Shown here: piece by piece, positions 7,254 to 15,333 of the stretch
Layout: every line of letters begins with the position of its first letter
How positions within the stretch are numbered: position 1 is the stretch's first letter
Made by a program: the position numbers and the translations under genes
Notes under the pieces: model-generated
Database searches by the model: none
What the model was told of the DNA's origin: nothing
What the model saw: only the letters and a program-made list of their open reading frames with translations
Assembly (NCBI GenBank): GCA_964481075.1
Contig: CAYZSD010000006.1
Span: 1 to 45,954, forward strand
Source of the DNA: an uncultured Rikenellaceae bacterium
GTDB lineage: Bacteria > Bacteroidota > Bacteroidia > Bacteroidales > Tenuifilaceae
Direction: 5' to 3'
Length of the DNA stretch: 45,954 bases

Positions 7254-10022
7254 CTAGCTTCTGATTGATATGGCAATTATCTTTTCTACTTTTCCATTGC
7301 TATTAACAACTGGCGAATAGGTTTCATTCAGTGAAATTCTTGAGCTATTAATGGTTGCCTTAAAGAGCCTTTGCCTGATAATACCGTTTCGTAGGTCACT
7401 CCAGAAGTCGAGATAGCTAATGTCATCTTCAGACTTCATGCGGAAGAAGTCGGAGTGGTGTTTCCCTGCTATATCGGATGGTTGAAATCCTAATGCGGCT
7501 CTCATGGATTCGTTTATTCTGATAATGTATCCATCGGGGGTGAATTCAGTTACAAATGTTGAAGCATCGATTGCCTTAACAATAGCATGATATTCTCCAT
7601 CCTGCGAGTTAAGTTTAAGTTTAAGGGTCTCGAGTTCAGAGGCATTTTGCTGTGATTTAAGTTCAGCTCTCTTAAGGTCGGTGATAATTTTGCTTATCCC
7701 CCAAGTTCCTACAATAGATCCCCGTGTATCGAAAAGTGGCATTTTGGTTGTTGAAACCCATTGTTCCTTCCCGTCGTCGAACTTCTCGTGAACCACATGG
7801 TCGATAATTGGTGTGAGGGTCATCATGATGTTCTGCTCTTCCTGGTAAAACTTTTCAGCGTTTTCTTTCTTGTGGAAATCGAAGTCCGATTTTCCAACAA
7901 GATCATCAGGACTATTTGCATTGAAAAGCTTAACCATTGATTTGCTTATCCTTATGAAACGACTATTCTCGTCTTTGAAGTAGATAAAGTCTGGAATGTT
8001 TTCCATTAGGGCGTTAAGAAGCGTTAGCTCCCTTTGAAGTTCTTCTTGTAATGCTTCCTGCTCATTTCGTTTCCGCTCCATCTCTTCTTGGGTTGCCTGA
8101 AGTTCTTCCATGTTCTGACGCATCTCTTCTTCCTGAGCAAGCATCTCTTCGGCTTGTTGCTGCGATTTGGCCAGGAGTTCGGTTGTTCGAATGCTTATCC
8201 GGACACTAGAAACGGTTGAAGCGATGCTTTCGGCAATCTTTTCAATGAATTCAATCTGATACTTTTCGTAAGTGTTAAAGGTGGCAAGTTCAAGTACACC
8301 AAGCGTTTCGTCGTTGTTTTTAAGTGGAACAATAAGCAGACACCTAGGTCGTTCTTTCCCAAGGCCACTGCTAATGGTAATGTAATTGGGGGGAACTTGA
8401 TCCATGAAAATTGTTTTTCCTTCACGGAAGCAGCGACCAACCAAACCCTCATTTAGCTCAATCGATTTTTCAAGATGTCGTCGCCTATCATAAGCGTAAC
8501 AAGCAGTCATGTCAAGCATTATGTGCAGCTTATCATTGTCGTTAATAACAAAAAGCCCACCTTGATTAGAATTTGTGTAGCCAACAAGGTTCTTGACTAT
8601 GCTGAAAGACAACTCATTTAGATTATCGTTGTTTTGGCGGAGGATTTCTCCAAACATTGCTAAACCCTGAGTTGCCCAGTTCTGCTTTTGTTCTTCGTTT
8701 TTACGTTCAAGTTCGAATTCTTTGGCACTCTTGAGGCTTTTTTGCATTTCAATTAGCGATAGGCCAAGAATATCTTTTTCTCCTAGGAGTTTGAACTCAG
8801 CATCGAGATTTCCTTTGCCTATTTCCTTTGCGAAATTTTCAGTTAGATTTAGCCCATCAATAAGCTTATTGACCGACGTGGCCATTAACTCTATCTCATC
8901 GCCACTTGTGATGTTGAGTTTCTTGGCTTGGTCAATATCTCCCTGAGAAAGATCGTTGAGCAGATTAGTTGTTAACCTTATGGGTTGTGTAATGCTATTT
9001 GCCACGTAGTACAGAACTATTCCAAGGAAAATAATCCCAAGAAGAGCAACAAGAATTCCGCTAATCATAGCATTCCTTGCCTCAACAGTTATCTCAGATA
9101 CAGGAATTGATATTCCGATAGCCCAAAATGTAGAAGAATTCCCAATTTGAATAGGAGTTAGTATGTTAAGAAGTCCTTCATCACCAACTTTCCAATGGTA
9201 CATGAGGCTGGTTCCTCTTTTTATTTTTTCTGATATCTTATGAGTAACCTCCATCTCAGGGTAGATTTCCTGAAATGTTTTCCCAGCAATAAAATCGTTG
9301 GTATGTGCAATAATTGTGCTGTTATTTGAAAGGAGAAAGGCCTGTGTGTTGGGGTAAGGCTTAATTTGTTCAATAGTACTTTGAAATTTATCGAGAGCAA
9401 TATCAACTCCAGCCAAACCAACGTAGTCGCCATTTTGTCGTATAGGGACACATAGGCTGGTTACCATTATATCGTTTACACCATCATAACGATAAAAGTA
9501 TGGGTCGAGGAGAATCTCCTGATTTGAAATTTTGGCTTTATAGTACCCACTGGTTATAATATCCCCTGCTACATTTTTGTTTTCAACCAGTACGTGGCTT
9601 GCACCATGTTTTAGGTATGCTGAAACCGAACGCCTGCCATAGTTTTTATCGTAATTTGGTTTAATGGCATAGAATTCAAAGTTATACCAAACAGAAATGT
9701 AACGAGGGTTTTGCTCAACCTGATTCTTAATAATGTCGAAGTAAATTGAATCACGAAGTACAGAGTCGAGTTTATGGAACGAGTAAAAGGCATGTGCCAG
9801 AGATCGGGAAAACCCCAGATCAAGTTCTAACTCCGATTTTGCCTGATTGGCAACCTTTTCTGCGTAACTTTTTGCAATTACCTCTGCATTGTTCATTGCC
9901 ATCCGATACGTTCTATACTGAATATAAAATCCAATACCAGCAAGGATTATTGCAGAAGAAGCTAGAACGTAAACGAGCATTTTTGTCTGAATCCTCATCC
10001 TTAAGCGAATAGTCATAACCAT
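7254..10022 (-). CDS. Multidomain sensory protein: N-terminal TM + periplasmic double-Cache, TM, HAMP, GAF, coiled coil, two PAS domains; no recognisable output domain
   Basis: N-terminal hydrophobic segment (LVYVLASSAIILAGIGFYI), about 270-aa extracytoplasmic region, second TM (ISGILVALLGIIFLGIVLYYV) followed by a HAMP-like amphipathic segment. The GAF-like block (LSLIEMQKS...GVLELATFN) is followed by an E/Q-rich coiled coil. Two PAS-like blocks follow (PDFIYFKDENSRFIRISKSMVKLF; EYHAIVKAIDASTFVTEFTPDGYIIRINESMRAALGF). No H-box/HATPase, GGDEF, EAL or receiver motifs are seen. The real start is probably at one of the internal Met codons (MRIQTKMLVYVL). Confidence 0.7.
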   Translation of the reverse strand: MVMTIRLRMRIQTKMLVYVLASSAIILAGIGFYIQYRTYRMAMNNAEVIAKSYAEKVANQAKSELELDLGFSRSLAHAFYSFHKLDSVLRDSIYFDIIKNQVEQNPRYISVWYNFEFYAIKPNYDKNYGRRSVSAYLKHGASHVLVENKNVAGDIITSGYYKAKISNQEILLDPYFYRYDGVNDIMVTSLCVPIRQNGDYVGLAGVDIALDKFQSTIEQIKPYPNTQAFLLSNNSTIIAHTNDFIAGKTFQEIYPEMEVTHKISEKIKRGTSLMYHWKVGDEGLLNILTPIQIGNSSTFWAIGISIPVSEITVEARNAMISGILVALLGIIFLGIVLYYVANSITQPIRLTTNLLNDLSQGDIDQAKKLNITSGDEIELMATSVNKLIDGLNLTENFAKEIGKGNLDAEFKLLGEKDILGLSLIEMQKSLKSAKEFELERKNEEQKQNWATQGLAMFGEILRQNNDNLNELSFSIVKNLVGYTNSNQGGLFVINDNDKLHIMLDMTACYAYDRRRHLEKSIELNEGLVGRCFREGKTIFMDQVPPNYITISSGLGKERPRCLLIVPLKNNDETLGVLELATFNTYEKYQIEFIEKIAESIASTVSSVRISIRTTELLAKSQQQAEEMLAQEEEMRQNMEELQATQEEMERKRNEQEALQEELQRELTLLNALMENIPDFIYFKDENSRFIRISKSMVKLFNANSPDDLVGKSDFDFHKKENAEKFYQEEQNIMMTLTPIIDHVVHEKFDDGKEQWVSTTKMPLFDTRGSIVGTWGISKIITDLKRAELKSQQNASELETLKLKLNSQDGEYHAIVKAIDASTFVTEFTPDGYIIRINESMRAALGFQPSDIAGKHHSDFFRMKSEDDISYLDFWSDLRNGIIRQRLFKATINSSRISLNETYSPVVNSNGKVEKIIAISIRS

Positions 10023-10219
10023 AGTTTTTGTAGGGTATGAAAAATTGAAGCAGGCTTATTAAACCCCTATTAAAGCAACTTACCCACCCTTTTAGCACCG
10101 TTAAAAATACGAAATGTTTTTTTGATTTAGCAAACATATATTTATTTTGAATATTTCTAGTTTTTATATAAAAGGTTTACCTTAGCAAGATAATTGATTC
10201 CAAAAAAATTTCCTTCAGT

Positions 10220-12547
10220 ATGAAGAATACTACATTTCTGCTCTTATTCCTTCTTATGGTATATGTGATTGATGGAATAGGGCAAGATGCCGACAGGACA
10301 TCGGGCCTCAAACAATTAGCTGAGAGAATGCTAGATCAATCAAATAATGTTATGCAAGCCAACATTGATTCATCTTTAACGTTGGCCTATCAGGTTGATA
10401 GCCTTGCAACACTCCTGTCAGATTTCGAGTTAATGATGAAAGTGAAACATCATCTTGGATTTATTTACTATAACCAGAATAACTTTGAAAGGGCAATAGA
10501 CTATTTCGAAGAGTCAAGAAAACTTGCCGTTGAGCTCTCGAACCCGCATTTTGAGGCTTTAGCTTTGAACCGTTTAGGTAATTCTTATCAGCTTAGAACT
10601 AACTATCTGTTGGCTTTAGATTACTACCAGCAGGCATTAGCAATTAACGTAAATACAAAAAATCTGGGTGAAGTTGCCCGTACGAAGGTAAATTTGGCAA
10701 ATGTTTACAGCATCATTGGTCAGTACCAACGATCAATACAGCTTTTTCTGGAAGCGATGGAAATCCATGAGTCAATCGATGAACGAGAGGGTTTGGCTTG
10801 GACATCGCTTGGAATAGCACGTCTTTTCAAAAGGCTCGAAATACTCGATAAGGCCATGTATTATGCCGAGTCGGCATTGCACTTCTACAGGGAGATAGAA
10901 CATCGGACAGGGAATAGCACGGGGGTTACCCTTTGCTTGAACGAGATGGGAAGCATTTTTCATAAACTGGGTGATTTCGACAGAGCGCTTGACTACACGC
11001 TTCAGGTGCTTGAGATTAACATCAAAAGGGGCAATGTCCACGGTCAGGCATCGAATCATCTTAGCCTGGGCGTGATTGCTTTCGATAAAAAGGACAACTC
11101 TCTTGCCCTTTTACATCTCAATAGGGCATTAGCCCTAAAGGAGCAGGTTGGAGATAGTCTGGATCTTGCCCGCTTGTATCGTTTCTTGGGAGAGGTCTCG
11201 TTACGAACAAACGATAAAAACATGGCACTAGCTTATACAAAGCAAAGTTTGTTCTTCTCGGAAAAACATCGGCAGCTCCCTGAGATAAGCGAAGGCTACC
11301 ACCTCCTTGCAAGGATATATCAGACAATGAAGCAGTTCGATAAAGCCCTTGATGCTCATGTAAGCTTTACAGCTTATAGGGATAGCTTAAACTCAAGCGA
11401 TATCTCCAGGTTAGAAATGCAATATGAGTTTGAAAAACGAGAGAAGGAGCAAGAGCTTATTGTACGTCAGAGAGAGGCTCTGCAGGAAGCAAGGCTTGAA
11501 AGACAAAGGGTTGTAATAGTATTTTTTGTTGTAGCTTTTCTTCTTGTTGGCAGTTTAGCGGCTTTCATATTCTACGCCTTTAAAGAAAAGCAGAGGATAA
11601 ATAGTATATTGGTGAAGCAGAACGATGAGATTAGTCGCCAAAAACATGAAATTGAGAGTCAGAAGGAGGAAATTGAACAGCAACGTGATTTTGTTACCCG
11701 ACAACGCGATCAAATAGCAGAACAACAAAGGCTTATTACAGATAGCATTACTTATGCAAGCCGAATTCAGAATGCAGTTCTGCCAAGCGACTCAACCTTG
11801 AGGCGATTGCCTTGGGAATCGTTCGTGTTCTACAAACCGAAGAATATTGTGAGTGGCGATTTTTACTGGGTTTCGGAGTTGAGTAATGGAAAAATTATGG
11901 TTGCTGTTGCCGACTGCACAGGGCATGGAGTACCAGGCGCATTCATGAGCATGCTAGGTATTACCCTTTTAAGAGAGATTTCGGGGAAAGCACAGCACCT
12001 TTCACCAGCAGAAATACTTCAGGAGCTTAGAAGGATGGTTATACTCTCCCTAAACCAACAAACAGGTAGAGTTGATCAGGCCGATGGAATGGACATGGCA
12101 ATAACGCTCATCGACAAAAAAAGCCTGATGATGGAGTTTGCGGCCGCCTACCAATCGGTAATTGTGATAAGGGAGGGGGATGTTCATGTTCCCAAAGATC
12201 AAGAGAACCCAAGGGTGATGAAATTAAACGATTATTCATTGGTAGAGCTTAGAGGAAACAAGATGCCCATTGGGTATCATGTATCGGGCGATAAACCTTT
12301 CACAAACCTTGCATTTCAACTTTTACCCAACGATACCCTTTATCTTTTCTCCGATGGGTACATCGATCAGTTTGGAGGGCCAAACAACATTAAGTTCTTG
12401 ATGAACAACTTTAAAAACCTCCTTCTTGGAATTCAGAACAAATCATTGGACCACCAAAAAGAGATAATAAAAAGCACTATCACCGATTTTCAGGGCGAGA
12501 GAAAACAGGTGGACGATATGGTTGTTCTTGGAATAAAACTTACCTAA
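10220..12547 (+). CDS. TPR-repeat sensor / PP2C-family (SpoIIE-type) serine/threonine phosphatase, paralog 1
   Basis: N-terminal hydrophobic signal/anchor, about 380 aa of TPR repeats, a single TM (VVIVFFVVAFLLVGSLAAFIFYAF) and a coiled coil with QRD repeats (EEIEQQRDFVTRQRDQIAEQQ). The C-terminal PPM/SpoIIE domain carries the metal-binding motifs SGDFYW, VADCTGHGVPGAFMS, DGMDMA and FSDGYIDQFGG. Confidence 0.85.
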   Translation: MKNTTFLLLFLLMVYVIDGIGQDADRTSGLKQLAERMLDQSNNVMQANIDSSLTLAYQVDSLATLLSDFELMMKVKHHLGFIYYNQNNFERAIDYFEESRKLAVELSNPHFEALALNRLGNSYQLRTNYLLALDYYQQALAINVNTKNLGEVARTKVNLANVYSIIGQYQRSIQLFLEAMEIHESIDEREGLAWTSLGIARLFKRLEILDKAMYYAESALHFYREIEHRTGNSTGVTLCLNEMGSIFHKLGDFDRALDYTLQVLEINIKRGNVHGQASNHLSLGVIAFDKKDNSLALLHLNRALALKEQVGDSLDLARLYRFLGEVSLRTNDKNMALAYTKQSLFFSEKHRQLPEISEGYHLLARIYQTMKQFDKALDAHVSFTAYRDSLNSSDISRLEMQYEFEKREKEQELIVRQREALQEARLERQRVVIVFFVVAFLLVGSLAAFIFYAFKEKQRINSILVKQNDEISRQKHEIESQKEEIEQQRDFVTRQRDQIAEQQRLITDSITYASRIQNAVLPSDSTLRRLPWESFVFYKPKNIVSGDFYWVSELSNGKIMVAVADCTGHGVPGAFMSMLGITLLREISGKAQHLSPAEILQELRRMVILSLNQQTGRVDQADGMDMAITLIDKKSLMMEFAAAYQSVIVIREGDVHVPKDQENPRVMKLNDYSLVELRGNKMPIGYHVSGDKPFTNLAFQLLPNDTLYLFSDGYIDQFGGPNNIKFLMNNFKNLLLGIQNKSLDHQKEIIKSTITDFQGERKQVDDMVVLGIKLT

Positions 12548-12783
12548 AATTTCTTCGCGGTAATAATAATGCTTTCGGTGTGAACATAACCATTGCCATT
12601 GGCAAAACTTCCCGATGAAATGGGATTTATTGACAATACCGAGTATCCTTCAGAATGAAGCTTATTGCATTGTATTTCAATTTCTTTTGAAAGATCATCT
12701 GAGTCAACCACGCTATACTCCTCGTTTGTTTCTTTATGAGTCCAGTAAGTTGAACGGGTATGGATTACAATGGATTTATACAT
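12544..12783 (-). CDS. Small hypothetical protein (DUF4177-like pattern)
   Basis: 79-aa ORF convergent with paralog 1; the stop codons overlap. The central pattern LHSEGYSVLSINPISSG resembles the (E/K)GWELVSV.P core of DUF4177-type small proteins, a tentative match. Confidence 0.4.
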   Translation of the reverse strand: MYKSIVIHTRSTYWTHKETNEEYSVVDSDDLSKEIEIQCNKLHSEGYSVLSINPISSGSFANGNGYVHTESIIITAKKF

Positions 12784-12982
12784 TGTTTTGCTTGTTAAAT
12801 GTTTGATGAAAAATGATGCATATTTAAGTTCAAAATTATACGCTAAAAATAGAAATTAGTTCATAACAAATAATAAAAATGTTCGCAAGTTTGATGTTTG
12901 ATGATTTAGTAAACTTGCAATAAACTACTTGGTATAGTTTTTTGAGTTATTATCTTTGTCGAAAATATAAAAAAAGAGAATA

Positions 12983-13504
12983 GTGCTTGACCCCAAAAAA
13001 ACACAATGGTTTGCAGTTTATACTAGACCTAGATTCGAAAAAAAAGTGTTTGAGCGATTGGTGGAGGCAGGTATTGAAACCTTTTTGCCTCTTCAAACAC
13101 GTTTAAAACAATGGAGCGATAGGAAGAAACTGGTTGAAGAACCCCTTATTCGTTCCTATATCTTTGTGAAAATTGTATTGAAAGAATACAAAACAGTTAT
13201 TGAAACTGAGGGCATAGTCAGGTTCGTTCGCTTTGAGGGGCAACCAGCTCCGATCCCAGAAAAGCAAATTAATGTGCTTAAGATGCTTCTTGCCCAGCAA
13301 ATTGACATGGAACTGGCCGAGGAGGAGCTCAACCTTGGCGATAAGGTTGAGATAAGAATTGGGTCAATGACTGGTTTTGATGGCATTCTTGTTAACCATA
13401 AAGGGAAGGACAAGGCTATTATTCAAATCGATCATATTACCCACGCTCTTATGGTTACTCTTCCAAAAAACTATATTGCTAAGGCAATAAATGGTGATAG
13501 CTAG
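12983..13504 (+). CDS. UpxY-family transcription antiterminator (NusG paralog)
   Basis: NGN-domain signature WFAVYTRPRFEKKVFERLVEAGIETFLPL, typical of Bacteroidota UpxY/NusG-like proteins, followed by a KOW-like C-terminus. Length 173 aa. Confidence 0.7.
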   Translation: MLDPKKTQWFAVYTRPRFEKKVFERLVEAGIETFLPLQTRLKQWSDRKKLVEEPLIRSYIFVKIVLKEYKTVIETEGIVRFVRFEGQPAPIPEKQINVLKMLLAQQIDMELAEEELNLGDKVEIRIGSMTGFDGILVNHKGKDKAIIQIDHITHALMVTLPKNYIAKAINGDS

Positions 13505-13549
13505 TAGGAAGTTGTGTTTATTGTCAGGCTAGCAAGAAAAAACCGATTT

Positions 13550-13990
13550 CTAGATTGGTTCAATTTTATTAACCCTGTTTGAATGTCTCCCTCCCTCGAA
13601 TTCAGCCTCCAAAAAGGACAGTACGATTTTTTTTGCCAACTCAATATCAACAAAGCGGGCAGGAATTGCACAAATATTAGCATTGTTATGCTGTCTGGCA
13701 AGCGAGGCAATTTCTGGAAGCCAGCATAATGCAGATCTAACCCCTGAGTGTTTGTTGGCGGTAATGTTAACACCATTTCCACTACCACAAATAACAATAC
13801 CTAACTCGTATTCACCATTAGTAATTGCTTGTGCTACCAGATGAGCGTAGTCGGGGTAGTCAACGCTTTCGTCAGAAAAGGGGCCAAAATCCTTTACAAA
13901 GAAACCTTTTGCCATGAGAAGCAAAACAAGTTCCATTTTGGTTCGGTATCCTGCATGGTCGCTGCCTATCGCAATTCGTTTAGATGTCAT
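13550..13990 (-). CDS. rpiB: Ribose-5-phosphate isomerase B
   Basis: IAIGSDHAGY...GIVICGSGNGVNITANKHSGVRSALCW is the canonical RpiB/LacAB motif set. Length 146 aa. Confidence 0.9.
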   Translation of the reverse strand: MTSKRIAIGSDHAGYRTKMELVLLLMAKGFFVKDFGPFSDESVDYPDYAHLVAQAITNGEYELGIVICGSGNGVNITANKHSGVRSALCWLPEIASLARQHNNANICAIPARFVDIELAKKIVLSFLEAEFEGGRHSNRVNKIEPI

Positions 13991-14057
13991 TTTTATGTTA
14001 TTTTTGCAAATATAACAGCATTAAGCACAAATATACAAATTTTATCCTCGACCGAAG

Positions 14058-15185
14058 ATGAGCGGTATATATATCCATGTTCCTTACTGTAAGCGAAAAT
14101 GTGTTTACTGCGATTTCTACTCCGAATCGAGTGAAAATAGGATTCACGAATTCGATAAGCTTATTTCAAAGGAAATATCTCTTCGAAAAGAGTTTCTTTC
14201 GTCTAATAGGATCGAAACAATATACTTTGGTGGCGGTACACCTTCGTTGCTTAAATCACAACAACTTACAAATATTCTTTCAAAGATAAATGATGAGTTT
14301 TCACTTTCTCCTAATCCAGAAATAACCCTTGAGGCAAATCCCGATGACATAACGCGGGACTACTTAAAATCGCTTTTTCAAGCGGGTGTTAACAGACTTA
14401 GTATTGGCGTCCAGTCATTTATCGATGGTGATTTAGAAATGCTTGGACGAAGGCATAATTCCAACCAAGCAGTGATGTCAGTAGAACTTGCCGCTGAGGT
14501 AGGGTTTAGTAATATTAGTATTGATTTAATCTACGGCCTTCCATCGTCCAATTCAAATAAGTGGGAAGCTAATCTTCAAAAGGCTATTTTGTTACCAGTT
14601 AATCATTTGTCGTGTTACCATCTTATCTACGAGGATAATACCCCTTTGTTCAGGGATTATTCAAAGGGAATTGTTAGGGCTATTGATGAAGACGAAAGTG
14701 TTGAGCAGTTCAGAATACTTCAAAGCATTACAGAAAGGACTGGATTTTTGCATTACGAAATCTCCAACTTTGCAAAGGAAGGTTTTTTCTCAAAACATAA
14801 TTCATCGTATTGGAAACAAGTTCCTTACCTAGGACTAGGACCATCCGCACATTCATATAATAGAAAAATCAGGGAGTGGAATCCAAGATCGATTGTCGAA
14901 TGGTCAAAAGCAATCGATGAGGGAATTATTCGCATTGAAAAAGAGGTGCTTAGCGAACGAGACAAGCTGAATGAGTACATACTAACTTCTTTAAGAACCT
15001 CATGGGGTGTTTCAGTTGATGAGCTTGCTGTAAGATTTGGTAAGTCTGTTCTAGATGATTTTCAGATAACAGCAGAAAAGCATGTAAGTGCTGGGAGAAT
15101 GCAATTCGAAGGAAAAGCATATAGGATAAACCCTCAGCATTTTTTTATATCCGATGGAATTATATCCGATTTTTTAAAAGTATAG
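14058..15185 (+). CDS. hemW: Radical SAM family heme chaperone HemW (oxygen-independent coproporphyrinogen-III oxidase-like)
   Basis: Radical-SAM CxxxCxxC cluster in IYIHVPYCKRKCVYCDFYS, plus the GGGTPS motif and HemN C-terminal domain. Length 375 aa. Confidence 0.85.
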   Translation: MSGIYIHVPYCKRKCVYCDFYSESSENRIHEFDKLISKEISLRKEFLSSNRIETIYFGGGTPSLLKSQQLTNILSKINDEFSLSPNPEITLEANPDDITRDYLKSLFQAGVNRLSIGVQSFIDGDLEMLGRRHNSNQAVMSVELAAEVGFSNISIDLIYGLPSSNSNKWEANLQKAILLPVNHLSCYHLIYEDNTPLFRDYSKGIVRAIDEDESVEQFRILQSITERTGFLHYEISNFAKEGFFSKHNSSYWKQVPYLGLGPSAHSYNRKIREWNPRSIVEWSKAIDEGIIRIEKEVLSERDKLNEYILTSLRTSWGVSVDELAVRFGKSVLDDFQITAEKHVSAGRMQFEGKAYRINPQHFFISDGIISDFLKV

Positions 15186-15333
15186 GAACTAATATGTTTT
15201 TTCGAAAAAAAGCATTGGCGTTTCCTGTATTATCTATATATTGCTGGTTTTAATAAGGGCATAGAGAATCAATTGTTAGCCCTTTAATTTCAACTATTTT
15301 TTTAAGATTATAGTTGAGTAGTTTTCGATAGCT

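Noticed and set aside
12784-12982. Repeated TTTGATG motifs and an 8-bp IR as an invertible promoter (fim-like switch) upstream of upxY
   Set aside because: The inverted repeats are only 8 bp and enclose 18 bp, far too small for the roughly 200-bp invertible promoters of Bacteroides CPS loci. No recombinase gene is nearby. It is kept only as a possible operator within the UpxY finding.
15186-15215. A/T palindrome TTTTTTCGAAAAAAA after the hemW stop as a terminator
   Set aside because: It is a pure A/T self-complementary run without a GC stem and would not form a stable intrinsic terminator hairpin. It is more likely just a low-complexity spacer.
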